From Balanoglossus misakiensis (taxonomy: Eukaryota > Animalia > Hemichordata): a stretch of DNA of 64,000 nucleotides. Made by a program: the position numbers and the translations under genes. Below are positions 51,548 to 64,000 of this stretch, piece after piece. The stretch is from NCBI GenBank assembly GCA_040954595.2, contig CM082576.2, forward strand, positions 4,438,760-4,502,759. Direction: 5' to 3'. Within the stretch, counting starts at the first letter, position 1. Each line of letters starts with the position of its first letter. Under the pieces are notes generated by a model that worked only from the letters and a program-made list of their open reading frames with translations, searched no databases and was not told the origin of the DNA.

Positions 51548-54500
51548 AAACTTCCAAATCCAAACTATAAATTTAGATGAGTGTTCATGTTGAATTTTTA
51601 GATCGCAAATTTACTGTATTTATTTGGATGTAAAATATTTGATCTTGTTGATCATATTCATGGCATCCTATCGTGGATGATTTTTTGTGTGATCACTTTA
51701 ATCTTGTGTTTTCATTATTTTAATGAAAATGATCATAGAGAAACCTTGAAAGGATTTACATTATGTGGGAATGTAGAACGCTATGTAGGTATCTGTTAAT
51801 GAAAATTTTGCATCACAAGTGCAAATCTCTTTGCACAATATGCGGCTAAGTCCACTTTAATGGAGAAATTTCATTTACTATGCTATGCATATCCCTGCAG
51901 AATATTTGTTGTTTCTGTTATACCTCATTTGCATGGAGAATTGTAGTTTCTCCATACATTTTACAAGATTCAATTATTTTCAGGAAATCTCTGAGAGCAT
52001 ATTAGGTACGTGCTTTTCATACTTCAGTATCGTAGCCAGAAGTTTGTTCCTAGGGTTGTCAAAAAAGATCCAGATCCATATTGTACCAAAAAAGAACTCT
52101 TTGACGTCCTATTACAGTTTTAACCCTTTCACCCATGTTTCTGGAACAGTTCCAGACTCTGATTTTTCCTCTGATACCATATAAAGTTAGTGAACACTCC
52201 AGTAATCTACCAATTAATGCGTAATTGCGTACGATTGACTTTTTATCAATTTATGTGCTTTAACGGGAAACTAACAATAATAGTATACACAGTTGAGATA
52301 CAATTTTCATATTTAATAACACAAGTAACGTCTTATCACTAAGGAAAGCTTTGAAATACTCTAGTCCATATGAATTGCCTTGCTACGGGTGCAGTACAAA
52401 ATGAACAATTCCCCAGTGCCTCAACACTGGCCCATATAGCTTTATACCAATACTGCTGCCTTTGTCTCTCTCCCACAATCCCTTGATAGTAGTGTAGAGA
52501 TAATTATTATACCAAAATCTGTGACAGATAGAAACATCAAATCTCTCCTTGCATTGGACTGCACCCAAGAGCATTTAAGGTATCCCTCCATTTGCTGAAG
52601 TGTGGCAATTTGAAATTTATGTACATTACATAATTAATACTAATACATAGCTTCATAAGTGTTGATTTAGATTTTAAAAGGATGACACAGGTGTCAATTT
52701 TTACCATGCAAAAAATACTGTACAAAGTAAAATATGCTGTTGCATAGTATTCATGGTGTATCATCATGACCTGGCAGTGTCGCGTCTAATCTGGCAAGTA
52801 CCTTAAAGGCCAGAATTCAGGTATTCCAAATCACACTCATAAGTTGACAAGAGATGTTTACAGCTTTAACAGTGATATTCAGATGCTTCCTTTTATTTTT
52901 CGTTGGTGGTGGTAGGTGAATTAATTCAAGATAGTGTGATGGGTTTTTTTTGCCAAATATTGCCAACAAAAGGAAATATACTGTACTCCCATGCAACAAT
53001 AACTTCACTGTATAATGTTCATTTTAGGTCTTGATTCACAAGTAAAATTGCTTGTGTTTTGTGTATATGTGTACTACAAATAAAGAGTGCCTATCTTTGA
53101 ATTTGCAAATGACTTCGATGTGAGAGCTTTTGGCTGTGTATTATACTGGACCATATGTCATTGTAGTTTTATTTTTTTTATAGTAGAGGAAGTGTTAGAC
53201 TTACTCAAAGGAGGAAAAATATGTGTCTGTTTTGATAGTTTATGTATTCTTGTTTTGTGTGAGCTTTTCTTTCTGAATGAGGGCGAATTGTTGGTCACAT
53301 TGTGGCAAGATATACAGCTGTAACAGTTGCAACCATATTAACCATATTAGGAGTTGCTTATTAGCATAAAATTAACATATCAGTAATAATGGTAATAGGA
53401 GTATAAAACAAAATAAACTCGGCAGGTAAGTGATTTATCACAAATTGGTACAAGTTCTTTGTGTTGAAGTATCTTTAAAAAGTTTTTTTTTATACAGTAT
53501 TCGAGTATTGGACCCTTGTTACAGTGGAGGATGTCGTTTAATATTGACCAGCAATTTAGCAAGTTTCAGTGATGTACAATAGTCAATACAGCCCTTATAT
53601 CGATTATGTTCATCTGCTGTTTTTGTTTGTTTCCCCTTTGCTGTCATTGATGTGGTTTAACCACCTTTGAAAGCAGTTGCAAGATTTGACCTGTGTGCAG
53701 AGTGAGAAATATTCAGTGATGGAATTATGTTTTTAGTGTTTATTTTATTCAAATATATCCATTCAACAGACGTGTGACCAATAGACATGAAAGATGGTCT
53801 GTTATTGCCCGTACCATATTGACATGTAACATTTGAAAAACTTTGACATGCACAATTGTAATCATCTCTTTATTGTCGTAACAAAATCATTCAGAAGTGT
53901 GTTTTGTGTACCTACATATATTTAGTTGATTTATAACCAAAAGTTTAAGGACTGTAGATTTGAACTAATCATAAAACATTACCCATGTTCCACTCATCAC
54001 TGATGAACAAACTTTTGTAGAAACTTTTTTTAATTGTTGTATTGAGATATGCATTAAATTTGGAACAAAACTCAACGCACATGGAAGACTTGGGTACTCC
54101 ATGGTAACCAAAGGTCTATCCTTTTCAATGAGATATTATAATCGTGTGGACTGACAGACTCTCCAATTCAAATTTAAAATAAAAAGTCTTGTTTCATGCG
54201 TGTCTTTCAGGCTTTACTAAACAAAGAAATTCACTTGAGCTTTGTGTTAAAAAAACTGGACCATATTGCTTTGAGAGCTTTTTGAAAGAGGTATATGACG
54301 TAACTGCATGCCCACCTACAAGTAACATTTTGGCTAGGAAGGTAAACTTATAGTTTGCAAGCATGATGGGCAGGTGGCAATGAATGACCAGTTTTGGTTT
54401 GCTTTGAGTGATCATTGATGTTTTTGTCATTGAATAAATTGAGTTGTACAAAATGGAAGGATGTGTTCATCTTTTGTTTCTTGTGGTAAGATATAAGCTA

Positions 54501-56141
54501 TTACTAAGCCTAATTGGCCCTGTTTTTTGGCATCTTTGATTGTGTATCACTATCAGGCTGTCTAAGTTCAGAATTTATGTAAAAGAGGTGCATTTCAGAG
54601 TAGTTTCAGAGGCAGCCATTCAGGGCAAGAAAAAAACACAATGCAACTTTAACCCTTGTTTCGGTCCAAACCCGTTGTTTTCTATGGGAAGGTTGGACAT
54701 CTATAGAGGGAACTGGGGGAAAACTGTAAAGGACAACAGCAGATCTCAGGATGCATAAAATTTGAGAAAAATAAATCTTGCAGGCTTGTAAATTGTAGGT
54801 AATTAGTTTTTAAAAACTCCCAAAGTTTACTGCAGACTATCATGGTCTGTTAATCTATGTATAATAACTTTCATGTCATGGGCATCCCATGGCAGTATCT
54901 GATCTGCTTCTCAGTGAAGTTGACTCCCAGCAAGGACGTACCACAGTGCAGTGGTACATCCATGCTCCTAGTCACTGAATCAGTGATATATACGCAATTA
55001 ATTTTGATTTTACATAATTGTCAAGCTGGTAAGAACAAAAACTTTGGTTGCAAAAAACATTCAGGTTTTCTGATAACTTTGTAGTATTGTGATCTCTGCT
55101 GTATACAAGATATCACTGTCATGTGATTAAGATCAGATGTACTGATTGGCTCATTTGCTTCCTTATTGCCTAATTGTCCTTTGTATACGTTGGGACGGGT
55201 ACTCAACAAACAGCAGAAGGAAAGACCATTGAATTAATTCAGCACAGAAGACTGAGCACATTCCTCATCTGAATTTAATCAGATCAGAGATCTATTCAAC
55301 ACTGACATATTCATCCAAACTTTTTAAAGTAATAAATGTATATTAAACACAGACAAAGAGCTATTCCATTACATGTATGCTTTATCATTGTCATGCCTTT
55401 TTGTGTGTTCTTAAATATATTTAAAGTTATAAAAGGTGTATTTTACTTCTGTTCATTATTTTTTTGCCATCTTCATACTTTGGTTCACAGCAGTTGTGTA
55501 TACTTAAACCATGACGACCGCAGGGATATTTTAAAATATGAAAGACGACTTATGAATCCTGAATTTTTGTGCATAGCAATAATCATCATGTACATTTTAT
55601 GTGTTGCATATCTTAAATTATATAAAGCATTAAACGGCAAAAACGTCTGTGTCAGGTGTCTGATATTTTTTTAATGTGTTGTCCCCAGATAATGTTTTAT
55701 CTGTGTTTTGGGTTCATGTACTGCCATTTGTGTAGTACCCTGAGAACACAAATTCTGCTGTCACCTCATCAAATGATGTACTTTATGACGAAAGGAAGAA
55801 TGACAGAAATTCATGCTAGTTGTCCTCCTCTTTATCAAATTGCTTATTTTCAGTTTATGACCATTTATCCATTAAAACACTGACCCATGGTATTGTATTA
55901 TACTGGGAAATAGTACTAAACCATTGTTTATGTTGACTGATGTTATAAAATCTGTATAGCCACAGATTCCTTTGCCTTGAACTTAATAGCTGAGTCAAAA
56001 ACAATTTCTGTTCAACCCTTCAGGTAGAATTTTGGAAATGCAACTTTACATTTCACAATTCATCACTTTTGTTGCCCCGGAGACCCCCGCCTAACATCCT
56101 AATTTTTATCATCACGCATTCTCTCGCTGATAATCACGTGA

Positions 56142-61001
<4,860 letters not shown>

Positions 61002-62712
61002 ATCCTCAACGAATTTGGGCCGGAAAAGATGAAGTCTCATTCTAGTCAAATATATTCAAAAATTATACGCTCAAATTTAATGAGTGACAATATACAGACC
61101 CTGCCTTTATCAGTCAGTAGTTTTGTTTAATATTGAAAAGTCATTTTACAACAATACACATTGGATTTCCATGAAAAAATTATTGATGTTTGTTGTAAGT
61201 TGCAAAGGTTCAGAAAGTTGGTTTATTTTCCTGTACATTATAGAAAAGAGAAAAAAAAATAAGTTAGATAAACTTTATAGTGCTGTGTGAAAATATTTTT
61301 GAGCAGCAACATTTCAGTTTGTTTTTATTTTTGGACAAGTTTTGTTGCTGAAGGACTCTTGTACGTTTGACAGTTGCATTGCCATCAGGAATCACGTGGG
61401 AGCTATAGGAATAGAGTTCTCATTGTTTTAGCTAATTGTATTCCTCACCTTTTATCATTGAAGTTCATCCATATAATAGTAAATTTGGAAGAAGAATTAT
61501 TGTGTTTATTTTTCCTCTATGAAGTAACTATAATAAAGCATCCTTCACATATAACTCCAGTGGAATTCAGTGTGGTTGTGTGGTGTGGTCGTTGATGGTG
61601 CTGTGCATTAGCATCTCGCCATGGTGTTGACAAGACGTGTCTGTGTTTGTTGTGGAACAGTCTTCAAGAAATTACTCAAATGATGTTATTAGGTGCGCCC
61701 TCTTGAGGCAACGTTCGTTATTCATTTTGCAATACCTCGCTGTCTAAGCTTGCAGTGGCTGCTGAAAACGTGAAAAGAGTAGGCACTGCCTGATATTGAA
61801 GTATTGTTTCCCTCAAAGATCTAATGATAGGTAACAGTCGCTTACAAGTGAAGTATTAACAGTGTAAAAGCCTATAAATTTTCGGAAAGGTGACCTGTTG
61901 AGAAACAGGAGAATTTTAACCTGTTCCTATTTGATATACCGGTATGTACTGTAGCGAGGGAGTTCATGGGATCAAACATGTTATAATGTATATGTATGTG
62001 TGTGTGTAATGCCCCACCACTTAAAATTGTTCAAGTGAAGCTGTCAGTACTAAAATTGTGCAAATGAATGGGAAAATGTTCAAATTATTTTTTTTTTAAT
62101 GAGAATTACTGGCAAAACTACCTTGGGTGGAAAATATATTGAAATGTTCATTTTGTGCTGATATCTCAGATTTTCTATTTCAGTGAATATTAACTTTAAA
62201 AAATCAAGAAAATGACAATTATAGTATTTTCTTGCTTCGAATTCGTACATGCAAGTTTATGGAATCTGTGAAAAACTGCAAAACCTTTACAGGGTCTACC
62301 TCCCACTTTTTTAACTCAGCAAGATTCAAGGAGCCGGAGATTACCTGTCAAAAATGAACCAGTGAATTGTTCTAGGGAAAAGTCGTTCACTTTTGGCATC
62401 GGTGACCGCATTGGCAATATATATCTTATAAAGTGAGAAATTTTCACTGAGTTGGGGTAGAGTTTTTTTAAATCCGACATAGACGACTTTCCCTTTTCTT
62501 GAGTCCAACGAAAGCGCCACCAACCGTATCGATTAAGCACGTGTCATGCACCGCCCACAATGCAGCCAACAAAGACGCGAAAGTGAGTGTACTCGTTACA
62601 CAAGCCGGCGCGGCATAGTCTGTAGTTGCACATCGATCGCGTTCATTCGTCTGCCGCAGAACCAACACCACTTTCACTAAAAAATAACTGGTTTCGGTAT
62701 TTTTATACAAAA

Positions 62713-62794
62713 ATGGGAGCTCGGGTGACTAGAACTGACTTCGAGTGGGTGTACACTGAAGAGCCCCACGCAACAAGGAGGAAAGAAATCCTGG
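62713..62794 (+). CDS. First coding exon of a sphingolipid delta(4)-desaturase (DEGS1/DEGS2 family); the rest lies beyond the window
   Basis: ATG...CTGG|gtaagt translates to [27 protein letters not shown], the diagnostic DES N-terminus (MG..V.R.DFEWVYT..PH..RR.EIL) with Gly2 for myristoylation. It is too short for the ORF track. Confidence 0.9.
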
Positions 62795-64000
62795 GTAAGT
62801 GATTTACATTCGCTCGTGATGCGCACATTTTTGCAGTCTCCAGCTCACACCTCGGAAGACCCGACACTCGAAACCTTTTTCTTTTCTACTGTGACAGGGT
62901 CACGGAAATGTGTATCAGTGATCTTTTCCAGCCTATTCAATGCATAAAGGCCCGGGTCTGAAAACATTTTATGTCAAGATTTCTGTGAAAGTAAGGGATG
63001 CTGAGCTGGAGGGCTGAAGTGATGTAGAATACACTGTTCGGGCATGTCTGCTGATGATGAAATCTTGACGATTACGTGTCAGCCTCGCGACGCAGCTGAT
63101 TTATCGGAAAGTTCTGCGTGTATCACCTGTCAAATTAAAATCTCGACCGTTTTGCGAATGCGTGGTATAATATGGTTACTACTTTAACGCGCCGCATCTT
63201 CTATCTAATTGATTTGAAGAAGTTTCTGTCTGGTGAGGTCAAGATGTACGGTCTGACAACGTACGTGACTTACTTTGAACGCTCGCGCTCGCACGTACGT
63301 AATAAACACATTTTTTTGTTTTTTGCTCATTTCAATTTAATGGAGAAATCGGACACTTTGGGGAGCTGATTAATATAAAATGATTAATATAAACTTTTTT
63401 CTTGATGTTTGCCGGTGCCCCCGAAAAAAGTCAGAGACCTGAGAAAGTTGATATAAAATTGGCATAAAACAAAAATAAATGAACGTGTGGTCACGTCGGA
63501 CAATGAGTACATGTAGTTCAGTTTATGCATACTCCTTGCGAGGATTTTATACGCGACCAGAGAAATTGACGACTGACAGAGTGAAAAGGATATGTGTAGT
63601 GTGATAAACATCACGCCACATTTTGCCGGCCGGTCTGCTGAGCGGGTGGTCATGCCAACTGTCACGCCTCCCCAACCCATGACCGGTAAGCAGGGCAGGC
63701 AAGGTCACACAACGAGTGCGCCCCACTCTGTGTCCGAAGTTAAGTGTATCATGTGTATGGTTGGTCATTCAATCTTCAAAATTTGCACGAAAACGTCCAA
63801 ACCCTTGGATCTAAATAAAGTGCTGTCTCCCCCAAGATTCCAAGAGTTAAATTGTCATGATTTATTAGTTTACTTCAAAGGAAAATTCCCTAAACTTTTG
63901 TTCTAATGGAGTAATCTTCAATTAAATTTAACATATAATTTATTTGGTGAAAATGGAAATCAGAAGTTTGGTGTATGCATAAACACTTGTACCTAGTGTC

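Overview
Eukaryotic animal genomic DNA: AT-rich, with spliceosomal introns. The protein sequences and intron positions suggest an invertebrate deuterostome such as an acorn worm, which is inference only. I assembled eight protein-coding loci by hand from splice signals and frame continuity. In order they are: SRF (-, 8 coding exons), two tandem SLC16/MCT-family transporters (+), exportin-5 (+, 28 exons, one a U12-type AT-AC intron), MLH3 (-, with a 3.5 kb exon), two SLC25A29-like mitochondrial carriers (+) and YY1 (+). The first exon of a ninth gene, a DEGS sphingolipid desaturase (+), is missed by the ORF track. Non-coding highlights are CArG-box clusters in the SRF promoter and intron 2, a YY1-site cluster in YY1 intron 1, a young 460 bp foldback MITE with perfect 153 bp TIRs and a 9 bp TSD, a shared TTGAGGGCGCTC hairpin downstream of both SLC25A29 paralogs, and a dispersed TTAACCCTTTCACC short repeat. 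The SLC25A29-YY1-DEGS order recalls the human 14q32 neighbourhood. I saw no rRNA, tRNA, CRISPR or prokaryotic-type system. No database searches were run, and homolog sequences are quoted from memory.
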